In this document: one piece after another, positions 10,492 to 17,944 of the stretch
Position numbering within the stretch: position 1 is the first letter of the stretch
Layout of the letters: each line of letters opens with the position of its first letter
Source: an uncultured Gammaproteobacteria bacterium
GTDB taxonomy: Bacteria > Patescibacteriota > Patescibacteriia > UBA9934
Reading direction: 5' to 3'
NCBI GenBank assembly: GCA_964569575.1
Contig: CAZMTL010000002.1
Location: 85,618-138,815 of the forward strand
Length of the DNA stretch: 53,198 nt
Made by a program: the position numbers and the translations under genes
Notes under the pieces: model-generated
Seen by the model: the letters and a program-made list of their open reading frames with translations, nothing else
Database searches by the model: none
Told to the model about the DNA's origin: nothing

Positions 10492-11512
10492 TCAATGGAT
10501 CGATAATTTTTCGCTTTAAAAACGACGAACCTTTTTGCACTAAGTGAATTAATCCAACACAAATAAACACTAAATCACGACCACGAATAATCAACGCAAA
10601 CGCCACTGGATTCAACGCAACACCAACAAGGGCAAACACTGCTGCAAAACCACCTTCGAACACGCCAACACCTGCTGGAACAGGAAGAAGTAAGGCGATA
10701 CCCGGAAGTGTACTCGCCAAAAACGCCTGTGCAAACGTAAAATTCACACCAAAAAACTTCGCAATGTAAAACACCTCAACCACACGAAACGAAATCACTC
10801 CCGCAGAAAGCAGCGCTACAACAACCACCAAACGAGGATTCTTGGCTAAAAATTCCGACATCATGTTTTCGGTATCCAAAATGCCTTGCTCAAACGGCTT
10901 CAATCGCTTGATACGATCTAGCCGGAAAAACCGAAACAGCGGTCCAAAAAATCCGTGCCCCTTTGCCAAAAAATAAAAGAATAACAAAAGGAATAACGCA
11001 AGCGAACCCAATCCAACCACAATCACCGCGATCGAACTCGCACTTCCAAGTCCAGTCAAAATCGCAAGAACAACGCCGGCAAGAATGAACAGCACATACG
11101 CGCACAGTTCGAACGCAATATCGAGCAACACAGAACTGGTCGCCTGCTTAACCGTGACATTTTTCTCCGAACTCAACATCGCAATACGCACCGGCTCTCC
11201 ACCAACCTGCGCAGCCGGGGTCAAGTAACTCATCGCAAAACCCGTCATGCGATGCATAAACACTTTATACAACCCAACACGATCACCCTTCGGCAACAAA
11301 CGATTAATAATCAACTGCCATCGGAACGCATACAATATAAAATTCGTCGTTGAAATACTCAAAAATCCAAGGAATGAAATTAATCCAAACGAACGAACAC
11401 TTTGGACAACGGCCGCCGGGTCTTGCTTTAACAACAAGTACACAAGCAACGCAATTCCACCAAAAAACGAAAGAAAAATTGCAGCAAAACGGAGAAATCT
11501 ACGAATCGTCAT
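10484..11512 (-). CDS. flippase-like membrane protein (UPF0104 / lysyl-PG-synthase TM-domain family)
   Basis: 342 aa with about 8 TM helices. It has the basic N-terminus and overall architecture typical of this family. Assignment is by resemblance only. Confidence 0.5.
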   Translation of the reverse strand: MTIRRFLRFAAIFLSFFGGIALLVYLLLKQDPAAVVQSVRSFGLISFLGFLSISTTNFILYAFRWQLIINRLLPKGDRVGLYKVFMHRMTGFAMSYLTPAAQVGGEPVRIAMLSSEKNVTVKQATSSVLLDIAFELCAYVLFILAGVVLAILTGLGSASSIAVIVVGLGSLALFLLLFFYFLAKGHGFFGPLFRFFRLDRIKRLKPFEQGILDTENMMSEFLAKNPRLVVVVALLSAGVISFRVVEVFYIAKFFGVNFTFAQAFLASTLPGIALLLPVPAGVGVFEGGFAAVFALVGVALNPVAFALIIRGRDLVFICVGLIHLVQKGSSFLKRKIIDPLIA

Positions 11513-11549
11513 ACAAAGACTATTATAGCAAAAAACACGCTTTCGCGTG

Positions 11550-12299
11550 CTATTGCGTTTGAGTTTGAGTTTTTTTGTTTGGAAGAAACACCGCGTACAG
11601 CAAGAATGTCAGCAACGTTGTTACAAGCCAGTACAACATCACACCTCCAGGCAGCGACACACATCCCAAAATCAAACTTAATCCTGGAATAAAGTACAAC
11701 ATCATCTTATTCATCGAAGCCATCATGTCTTCATCCGCCGCTCCCTTCTTCTCTCGAACAGCTGGGTCGGGTCGTCGCGAAACCGTTTGCTTCGCCTGGA
11801 AATACTGAGCAATGGCCGTTATTATCGCAAGCGGAATAGAAATTTTCGCCAAATCCATCCCTAGAAAAACTGTATCAATCACGCCAGGATTTGAAACAAA
11901 TGAATACAAATGATCAGGATTCACTTCTTTTAAACCATTTTCTAGTACACGAAATAATGAAAAAAAGATCGGCAACTGAATCAACAACGGCAAACAAGAA
12001 GCAAGTGGATTTACATTGTGGTCCTTGTACACCGCCATCAATTCCTTCGCCATGGTTTCGCGATCATCCTTATACTTCTCTCGAATTTCGGCAATTTTCG
12101 GCTGAATTTCCTGCATCTCCTTTTGCGCTTTCATCGACTTATACGTCAACGGAAATAACACTCCTTTGACAAGGACGGTGATCAAAATAATCGGAATCGC
12201 AATCGAAGCGTACGGAATCAAATCATACAAACCAACCAACAAGTTATACAAAGGCTGGTACAACACGACAAAGAAAATATTCATACTATTCCTGTACAC
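11550..12299 (-). CDS. yidC: membrane protein insertase YidC (short form)
   Basis: 249 aa. Shows LYQPLYNLLVGLY, SMKAQKEMQEIQPKIAEIREKYKDD and NPLASCLPLLIQLPIFFSLF. Confidence 0.9.
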   Translation of the reverse strand: MYRNSMNIFFVVLYQPLYNLLVGLYDLIPYASIAIPIILITVLVKGVLFPLTYKSMKAQKEMQEIQPKIAEIREKYKDDRETMAKELMAVYKDHNVNPLASCLPLLIQLPIFFSLFRVLENGLKEVNPDHLYSFVSNPGVIDTVFLGMDLAKISIPLAIITAIAQYFQAKQTVSRRPDPAVREKKGAADEDMMASMNKMMLYFIPGLSLILGCVSLPGGVMLYWLVTTLLTFLLYAVFLPNKKTQTQTQ

Positions 12300-13557
12300 T
12301 TACATCGGCCGCTTCAGCAGAACTTTCTGTAACCTCATCCGAAGCTTCTTCTTCAGTTGATTCTTCTGCTACTCCAGATTCATCTTCTTTAATAGAAAGC
12401 TTCCATCCAACCAACTTTGCTGCCAAACGAACATTCTGACCACCCTTTCCAATCGCAAGCGACAACTGATCATTCGCTACCAACAACGTCGCTTCTTTTG
12501 TTTCTTCATTCATCTCGACACGCTGAATTTTTGCAGGAGAAAGCGCCTGTTTAATAAACGTTTCCGCATCATCACTCCATTCAATTACATCAATTTTTTC
12601 TCCACCCAATTCCGAAATAATGGTCTGAATACGAGTTCCACGCTGACCAATACAAGAACCGATTGGATCAATATTTTCGTCCGCAGTAAACACAGCGATC
12701 TTCGTTCGAGAACCAGCTTCTCGTGCAATTCGCTTAATTTCTACCGCACCATCGGCAATTTCTGGAATTTCTACCTCAAACAACACGCGCACCAATTCTT
12801 CACTTGTACGCGAAAGCAAAATCTGCGGACCACGCGCGCTCAAACTCACTTCGCGCACATACACCTTAATTCGTGCTCCAGATTCGTATCGCTCTGTCTT
12901 CACCTGATCTTCTGGCAACATCACACCAACGGTTCGACCAATGTCGACCAATACAACACGCCCTTCACGTCGTTGAATTGTTCCAATCAATACTTCGCCT
13001 TCCTGTTCCTTATACTCATTAAACACAATTTCACGTTCCGCTTCGCGCAATTTCTGTGTAATCACCTGCTTGGCTGTCATTGCTGCCATTCGGCCGAATT
13101 CTCCGCTTAATGGCAATTCCGTTCGCATCACATCACCAACCTGTGCGCTCAACTTCAACACACGTGCATCCGAAATCATAATATCGGTCTTCGGATTAAA
13201 CTTCGGACCATCTTCCCCTTCTTCCACAGATTCATCCACAGGTCGCTGAAATTCTTCCACAGAGGCAAATTTAGACGCCGCTTCCGCCGCTTCTTTTCCG
13301 GCCAATTCTTCCGCCTGCATTTTTCGCATCGCTTCAATTTCTTCCTCTGGCAAATCCTCTACAACCGTTTTTACGTCATACAAACGCACGCCACCAGTTT
13401 CTGGAGCGAATTTTGCTTCGATATTTTGCATTTTGTTTCCAAAATCCTTTCGATACGCCGCCGAAAGCGCCGCTTCGATGGTTTCTACAACCGATTCGTA
13501 AGAAAGTCCTTTTTCTTCACAAATCTGCCGAATTGCTGACTCGATATCTGATGCCAT
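12286..13557 (-). CDS. nusA: transcription termination/antitermination factor NusA
   Basis: Starts MASDIESAIRQICEEKGLSYESVVETIEAALSAAYRKDFG, followed by S1 and KH regions (IGQRGTRIQ, AIGKGGQNVRLA). Start moved to ATG 13557. The track ORF extends to 13611. Confidence 0.9.
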   Translation of the reverse strand: MASDIESAIRQICEEKGLSYESVVETIEAALSAAYRKDFGNKMQNIEAKFAPETGGVRLYDVKTVVEDLPEEEIEAMRKMQAEELAGKEAAEAASKFASVEEFQRPVDESVEEGEDGPKFNPKTDIMISDARVLKLSAQVGDVMRTELPLSGEFGRMAAMTAKQVITQKLREAEREIVFNEYKEQEGEVLIGTIQRREGRVVLVDIGRTVGVMLPEDQVKTERYESGARIKVYVREVSLSARGPQILLSRTSEELVRVLFEVEIPEIADGAVEIKRIAREAGSRTKIAVFTADENIDPIGSCIGQRGTRIQTIISELGGEKIDVIEWSDDAETFIKQALSPAKIQRVEMNEETKEATLLVANDQLSLAIGKGGQNVRLAAKLVGWKLSIKEDESGVAEESTEEEASDEVTESSAEAADVSVQE

Positions 13558-13647
13558 AAAAGTAAAAAATAAATCTTTATTGAAGAAATGACCCGGCAAC
13601 AGCCGAGTCATTCAATAACCGAAGAATATCACACGAAAGAAAAAAGA

Positions 13648-13992
13648 TCAATTTGCCACCCCAATCAAATGCACCAGTTCGGTGCCACAAATCGCAATCA
13701 CATCAATACGGTATTCTTGCAATAATGTGTGTTTTTCTAAATATTGCATGGCCGTCCGATGCATCTTCTGCAATTTTGACGCAGTCACAGATTCTTCCGG
13801 GTACCCAAAATCCGCCGTCTTCCTATGCTTCACTTCAACAAAAACGATCTCGTCGCCGTCGCGGGCAACAAGATCGATTTCTCCATAACGCGTTCGAAAA
13901 TTACGATCCAAAATACGATACCCCTTTTTCTGTAAAAACACTTCCGCCTGCCGTTCGCCACTCGCACCAAACAACCTCCTCGCCAAACTCAT
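13648..13992 (-). CDS. yraN: YraN family (UPF0102) endonuclease-like protein
   Basis: 114 aa. Shows GERQAEVFLQKKGYRILDRNFRTRYGEIDLVARDGDEIVFVEVKHR. Confidence 0.85.
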   Translation of the reverse strand: MSLARRLFGASGERQAEVFLQKKGYRILDRNFRTRYGEIDLVARDGDEIVFVEVKHRKTADFGYPEESVTASKLQKMHRTAMQYLEKHTLLQEYRIDVIAICGTELVHLIGVAN

Positions 13993-13994
13993 AC

Positions 13995-14411
13995 TTATCG
14001 ACTTCGTCGCGGCAAGTACTTATTCGCCTCGGCCCGACTCTGCTGTCGCGCCTTAAGCGCAGGCACATCACGCACCACATATCGTCGAATAGAAACAATC
14101 CACGCAACAAACCCAACCACCCACACCAAAAACCAAAACCGCGCTCCCAAAAAATACACACCCTCTAGACTAAAGAAGAGCCACAAAAAACCTAGCGCAC
14201 CCATCGTTAACAACATCGTACCAACTTTCACAAACGTGTTACGCGTATACACATCATACTTCTTCTGCCGACTCACAATACGTAAAACAGCTCCAAAAAG
14301 AAGCAAGAGAGCAAATAGTAAAAAGAATGAAGTCTGAAAGAACGGACTCATGAAATCAGGCACCAACGCAAACCAGAAGTCTAAACGAAGCAACGGAAGG
14401 AAAAAATTCAT
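13995..14411 (-). CDS. hypothetical membrane protein
   Basis: 138 aa with about 4 predicted TM helices and a basic C-terminus. No recognisable family. Confidence 0.6.
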   Translation of the reverse strand: MNFFLPLLRLDFWFALVPDFMSPFFQTSFFLLFALLLLFGAVLRIVSRQKKYDVYTRNTFVKVGTMLLTMGALGFLWLFFSLEGVYFLGARFWFLVWVVGFVAWIVSIRRYVVRDVPALKARQQSRAEANKYLPRRSR

Positions 14412-14465
14412 AGAATTGAAAGGGGTAAAAATAACAATTGCCGAAGATGGTACTCAACAAAAAGC

Positions 14466-15017
14466 CTACCCGTCAAGGCGATGAAAAATAACACCCCAAT
14501 GCGAAGGTGAAACAGGAAGATCATCTTTCTTCACAAATCCATGCGGCAAAAACACCTGCTCAACATCGTACTGACTTTGCCGAAGATGCCGAGGAGGCGC
14601 CACAGGATGCGCCAAATCGTGCTTCCAATCCACCATCACAAACACCCCACCCGCCTTCAACAACCGCCGAGCTTCGCTTGCAACAATGTCTGGTGAAGTT
14701 AGCACCGACACCGCATTACTCAATAACACGACATCTAAAGAAGCGGGCGGAATACCAACACCATCTCGGCATTCAATGTCGCCCCAAATCGTCTCAACTG
14801 GTCGCGCACACATGCGAGACAAGTCATGCAAATAATCCAAATGCGGTCGATGAACATCCACGGCGTAGACGCGTCCATCTTCCCCAACCAATTGCGAAGC
14901 TGGGAATACAAAATGCCCCGTGCGTCCCGAAGCAAAATCCGCGACATGCATTCCAGCGCGAACCGGAATGCGTCGAAGTAGCGCCGTCGAATCGATAAGG
15001 ACATTTCCAAACCTCAT
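14466..15017 (-). CDS. class I SAM-dependent methyltransferase
   Basis: 183 aa. Has VADFASGRTGHF (motif I-like) and GRVYAVDV. Its start overlaps the upstream gene in an ATGA arrangement. Confidence 0.7.
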   Translation of the reverse strand: MRFGNVLIDSTALLRRIPVRAGMHVADFASGRTGHFVFPASQLVGEDGRVYAVDVHRPHLDYLHDLSRMCARPVETIWGDIECRDGVGIPPASLDVVLLSNAVSVLTSPDIVASEARRLLKAGGVFVMVDWKHDLAHPVAPPRHLRQSQYDVEQVFLPHGFVKKDDLPVSPSHWGVIFHRLDG

Positions 15018-15271
15018 ATTCCTCCGCTAAAAATATTCGTCAAAAATCCACCAATCACGCGATCGAACAAATTGGTAATAAACATAAATCCAACCAAAAT
15101 GATCGCCGTCCCCAGCAACTTATAAAACAACCGCGTCCCACCCGGACCAAATTTTCGTTCCGCAAATTCGATTCGTCCAATCATCTCCAAAATAAACGCC
15201 GTCTTATACACAAATAAAAATCCTATCGCCGCAACTCCCACCCCAATCAAAATACGTACAATAAATGACAT
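15014..15271 (-). CDS. small hypothetical membrane protein
   Basis: Two or three TM helices. Start set to ATG 15271 because TGtTATACT (15288-15280, minus strand) sits 8 nt upstream. The track ORF starts at a GTG at 15298. Confidence 0.55.
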   Translation of the reverse strand: MSFIVRILIGVGVAAIGFLFVYKTAFILEMIGRIEFAERKFGPGGTRLFYKLLGTAIILVGFMFITNLFDRVIGGFLTNIFSGGI

Positions 15272-15279
15272 ATACAAAA

Positions 15280-15288
15280 AGTATAACA
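15280..15288 (-). promoter_or_regulatory. extended -10 promoter, leaderless-type
   Basis: The minus strand reads TGtTATACT followed by 8 nt and then the ATG at 15271. Confidence 0.45.
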
Positions 15289-15317
15289 CACTTCGCACAC
15301 CGATTCGCGCAGCTTCC

Positions 15318-15650
15318 CTACTCTTTTTTCAAATCCAACTTATCCAACTTCAGCCCCTTAAAGACAAAGTAGACAACGGCCGCAATAATAAAGAAATCCA
15401 ACATTGTAGAAAGAAAATGCCCGTACCGAACTTCCGCTCCGCGCATCACAAATACGGCTGCCTCCAGTCCTTCCGTCGAACCAAACAACAACCCAATCAA
15501 AGGCTGAAAAATATCTTCCACCAACGCATTCACCAAATCCTTGGCAGCCGTCCCCAAAATAAACCCAATTGCTAATCCAACAACACCCTGCTCGCGCACA
15601 AATTGCACAAATCCTTGCGTTTGCTTCTTTAAAATAAATGACTTCAACAT
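15318..15650 (-). CDS. mscL: large-conductance mechanosensitive channel
   Basis: 110 aa. Shows FVQFVREQGVVGLAIGFILGTAAKDLVNALVEDIFQPLIG. Confidence 0.9.
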   Translation of the reverse strand: MLKSFILKKQTQGFVQFVREQGVVGLAIGFILGTAAKDLVNALVEDIFQPLIGLLFGSTEGLEAAVFVMRGAEVRYGHFLSTMLDFFIIAAVVYFVFKGLKLDKLDLKKE

Positions 15651-15659
15651 AGTAAAAAC

Positions 15660-15668
15660 AGTATACCA
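15660..15668 (-). promoter_or_regulatory. extended -10 promoter of mscL, leaderless-type
   Basis: The minus strand reads TGgTATACT followed by 9 nt and then the ATG at 15650. No SD is present. Confidence 0.45.
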
Positions 15669-15690
15669 AACATAAAACAGATAAACGAAC

Positions 15691-15718
15691 TTGACTTTTT
15701 CCCATTTTTTGATAGTCT
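15691..15718 (+). promoter_or_regulatory. sigma70-like promoter driving the G+C-rich ORF at 15764
   Basis: TTGACT (15691-15696), a 16-nt spacer ending TTTTTTGA, and TAGTCT (15713-15718). A+T-rich like the host. Followed by GGAGG (15754-15758) 5 nt before the ATG. Confidence 0.5.
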
Positions 15719-15763
15719 GCTAGGTGCAATATTGAGCATCCCGCTCAAGCACTGGAGGCGCAC

Positions 15764-16459
15764 ATGCGCAAGTGGTTGGCCGTCATCGGCCTCTCCCTGA
15801 CGTCCTCGGCGGCGATGGCCTACGGGCCGATCAACACGAACCCCGACGGGCTGTGTTTCGACTTCGAGTGGTTCGACGAGGAAGGTGAATTCTACGCCGG
15901 CGGCTCGACCAGCTTCGAGTTCGTCACGACCGCGGATACGGGGATCGACGCCCTCTGCACGCAGGGGTGGGCCGCGAACCTGTGTCGCGAGAACCTGAGC
16001 AACAGCGGGTTCACCACCGGAGACGGCGGGAACGGCAGCGTGACGTTCAGCGTCATCCAGCCGGGCAACGCTGGCAGTCGACGACAGACCCTGGACCTGG
16101 AGTACCAGGGCACCGGAGCGATCTACAACGGCACGGTTCCCACCGTGGGCAGCTTCCAGTACTTCGGTGAGATGGAGATCCCCTCCAATCCCGACTTCTA
16201 CGGATACTGGTACGAGTCGGACTGCCCCGAAGAGCTGACGAACACGCGTCGTGGTCCGATGTTGATGAACGCGGCCGGCGAGTTCTTCGGTGAGAACCCC
16301 GACTACGTGCCGCCCGTGGACGAGCCGCAGCTCGACCCGGACGGCCTGCCGAACGAAGCGCCCCGCGGGTGCTCGTCGATCGGCAACCTGCCCCTCGGCA
16401 GCGCCCTCCTGCTCCTGCCGCTCGCGCTGCTGCGCCGGCGCGAGACCTGCGCGATCTAG
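15764..16459 (+). CDS. G+C-rich secreted protein with a Gly-Cys / TM helix / RRR C-terminal sorting-type tail
   Basis: 231 aa. Signal peptide MRKWLAVIGLSLTSSAAMAYG. C-terminus GCSSIGNLPLGSALLLLPLALLRRRETCAI. All of the first 30 codons end in G or C. Has its own SD and terminator. Confidence 0.75.
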   Translation: MRKWLAVIGLSLTSSAAMAYGPINTNPDGLCFDFEWFDEEGEFYAGGSTSFEFVTTADTGIDALCTQGWAANLCRENLSNSGFTTGDGGNGSVTFSVIQPGNAGSRRQTLDLEYQGTGAIYNGTVPTVGSFQYFGEMEIPSNPDFYGYWYESDCPEELTNTRRGPMLMNAAGEFFGENPDYVPPVDEPQLDPDGLPNEAPRGCSSIGNLPLGSALLLLPLALLRRRETCAI

Positions 16460-16505
16460 AGCGCGCACAACCTGAACTCGCTCGTCCCTCGGGACGAGCA
16501 CCCTC

Positions 16506-16542
16506 GAACCGGAAGCCTCGCGCTCCGGTTCTTCCTTTTTTT
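16506..16542 (+). terminator. intrinsic terminator of the 15764 ORF
   Basis: Stem gaaccgga (16506-16513) / tccggttc (16524-16531), followed by TTCCTTTTTTT. Confidence 0.7.
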
Positions 16543-16585
16543 ACAAATAATAAAGAAGCCGGTGGCACCTTTGGGTACCACCGGC
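16543..16585 (-). terminator. intrinsic terminator of the RTX-repeat ORF
   Basis: Stem gccggtggcacc / ggtaccaccggc (16558-16585, one mismatch). On the minus strand it is followed by UUCUUUAUUAUUUGU. Confidence 0.65.
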
Positions 16586-16613
16586 CAGAAGTCACACGCA
16601 GAAGCCGTCTCGT

Positions 16614-17828
16614 CTAGCGACCGAACTCCGTGATCAAGCTCGAGCACTCAGCGTAGGCCGCCGAATTGCTCTGCTCGACGCCCGTCGGCGTCAACACGTC
16701 GGCCCAGTCCCAGACGGCATGCCGCGCTTCTTCGACGGTGTCGTTGCCGAAGAGATCGGTCTTGCACACCTGGTTCCCAGAGACGATGTACTGCTCCATC
16801 CAGGCCTTGTCGGTACCGACGGCACCGAAGAAGTAGGCCGTCTGGGGGCAGGTCGCGAGGTTGGACACGTCCGAAGGCCAGGACGTATCGCACAGAACGT
16901 CATCTCCCGGTCCGCCGTTGACCTCGTCGTTGCCAAGGCCGCCGTAGACGACGTCGATGCCAGCATGACCGTAGCTCTCGTCGTTGCCGCCACCACCGTG
17001 AATCCGATCTGCGTCGGGTCCACCGTAGATGAAGTCGTTGCCAGCGCCACCGTAGATGGTGTCGTCGTTGTACTCACCGTACAAGAAGTCGTCGCCGTCG
17101 CCACCGTCGATGTAGTCGTTGCCGTAGTCGCCCTTGATCAGATCCTTGCCGCCATGGCCGTACAACTCATCGGCGTAGTCCCAGCCGTAGATGGTGTCGT
17201 CCAGTTCTCCGCCATGAAGCTCGTCTACATCGTTGCCACCCTCGATGTGGTTGTACTGCGCGGGCGCTCCGTAGATGATGCTCGGCTGCGAACCGCCGTA
17301 CAGGAAGTGAGGGAGGTTGACCGTGCTCGCGTACAGCGAGCCATTGATCACGTCCCAGCCGGCATTGCCGTACACCGTGAAGCTGGTACCAGTCGAATCC
17401 CACGGCTCGAGGTCGTAGAAGACGCCGGGTACGGACAGCTCGCTACGAGTGTAGACGTAATCGTTCATCGTGCCGCCAGTGATCTCGACAGCGCTCACGC
17501 CCAGAGGCGCAACGTCATCGTCGATGTAGCAGCAGAAGAGCTCGATGTTCAGAGCAGGCGCGTAGCCACCCCACCCGAAGACCAACAGCTCCTGATCATC
17601 CATCGTGACGATCGACCAGTTGGCAGCAGAGGGGGGAACCGTCGCACCGGCCCAGTTCATCTCGCAGGTGAGCTCATCGCCCACCACCTCACACACAGGC
17701 GCGCCGCCGAACTCACAGGGATCGGTCCAGAGCTCGATCGGAGAACCCGAAGGGGCCTGATCACAGTCCTTCGCCACCCCACCGAACACGGTGAAGCAGA
17801 TCATGTAGAACATCATCAACAAGTGCAT
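16614..17828 (-). CDS. G+C-rich RTX (hemolysin-type Ca-binding nonapeptide) repeat protein
   Basis: 404 aa. Repeats include GGAGNDFIY, GGPDADRIH, GGGGNDESY, GGLGNDEVN, GGPGDDVLC and GGDGDDFLY. Hydrophobic N-terminus MHLLMMFYMICFTVFGGVA. Confidence 0.8.
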   Translation of the reverse strand: MHLLMMFYMICFTVFGGVAKDCDQAPSGSPIELWTDPCEFGGAPVCEVVGDELTCEMNWAGATVPPSAANWSIVTMDDQELLVFGWGGYAPALNIELFCCYIDDDVAPLGVSAVEITGGTMNDYVYTRSELSVPGVFYDLEPWDSTGTSFTVYGNAGWDVINGSLYASTVNLPHFLYGGSQPSIIYGAPAQYNHIEGGNDVDELHGGELDDTIYGWDYADELYGHGGKDLIKGDYGNDYIDGGDGDDFLYGEYNDDTIYGGAGNDFIYGGPDADRIHGGGGNDESYGHAGIDVVYGGLGNDEVNGGPGDDVLCDTSWPSDVSNLATCPQTAYFFGAVGTDKAWMEQYIVSGNQVCKTDLFGNDTVEEARHAVWDWADVLTPTGVEQSNSAAYAECSSLITEFGR

Positions 17829-17869
17829 CTCGAAGTCTCTCTGTCATCTGCGCATCATTACGCGGCGAG

Positions 17870-17898
17870 ATTATAAACTAATTCTAAACTTTAATCAA
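17870..17898 (-). promoter_or_regulatory. sigma70-like promoter of the RTX-repeat ORF
   Basis: On the minus strand: TTGATT (17898-17893), 17 nt spacer, perfect TATAAT (17875-17870). It lies in A+T-rich sequence just outside the G+C-rich block. Confidence 0.55.
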
Positions 17899-17929
17899 AA
17901 ACGACCAGATGGATTTCATCTGGTCGTTT
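17893..17929 (-). terminator. intrinsic terminator of the FG-GAP gene
   Basis: 13-bp stem aaacgaccagatg (17899-17911) / catctggtcgttt (17917-17929). On the minus strand it is followed by UUGAUU, and the U-tract is partly within the stem. Confidence 0.7.
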
Positions 17930-17944
17930 CAATATTCAACGAGA

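Noticed and set aside
15735-17870. Explaining both G+C-rich islands as assembly or binning chimeras.
   Set aside because: This is not fully excluded, but it seems unlikely. Both islands are short internal inserts, not contig ends. They sit exactly in intergenic positions and are fitted with host-style A+T-rich promoters. The neighbours remain intact. It is kept as the main alternative to test by read mapping.
15644-17876. Long ORFs in other frames or strands across the first G+C-rich island (15644-16501 minus, 16053-16595 minus, 16719-17876 plus, several 60-140-aa ORFs).
   Set aside because: These are typical stop-poor shadow frames of high-G+C DNA. Their products are Arg/Ala/Pro/Gly low-complexity. 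The chosen frames carry the G/C bias at third codon positions, signal peptides, recognisable repeats, promoters and terminators.
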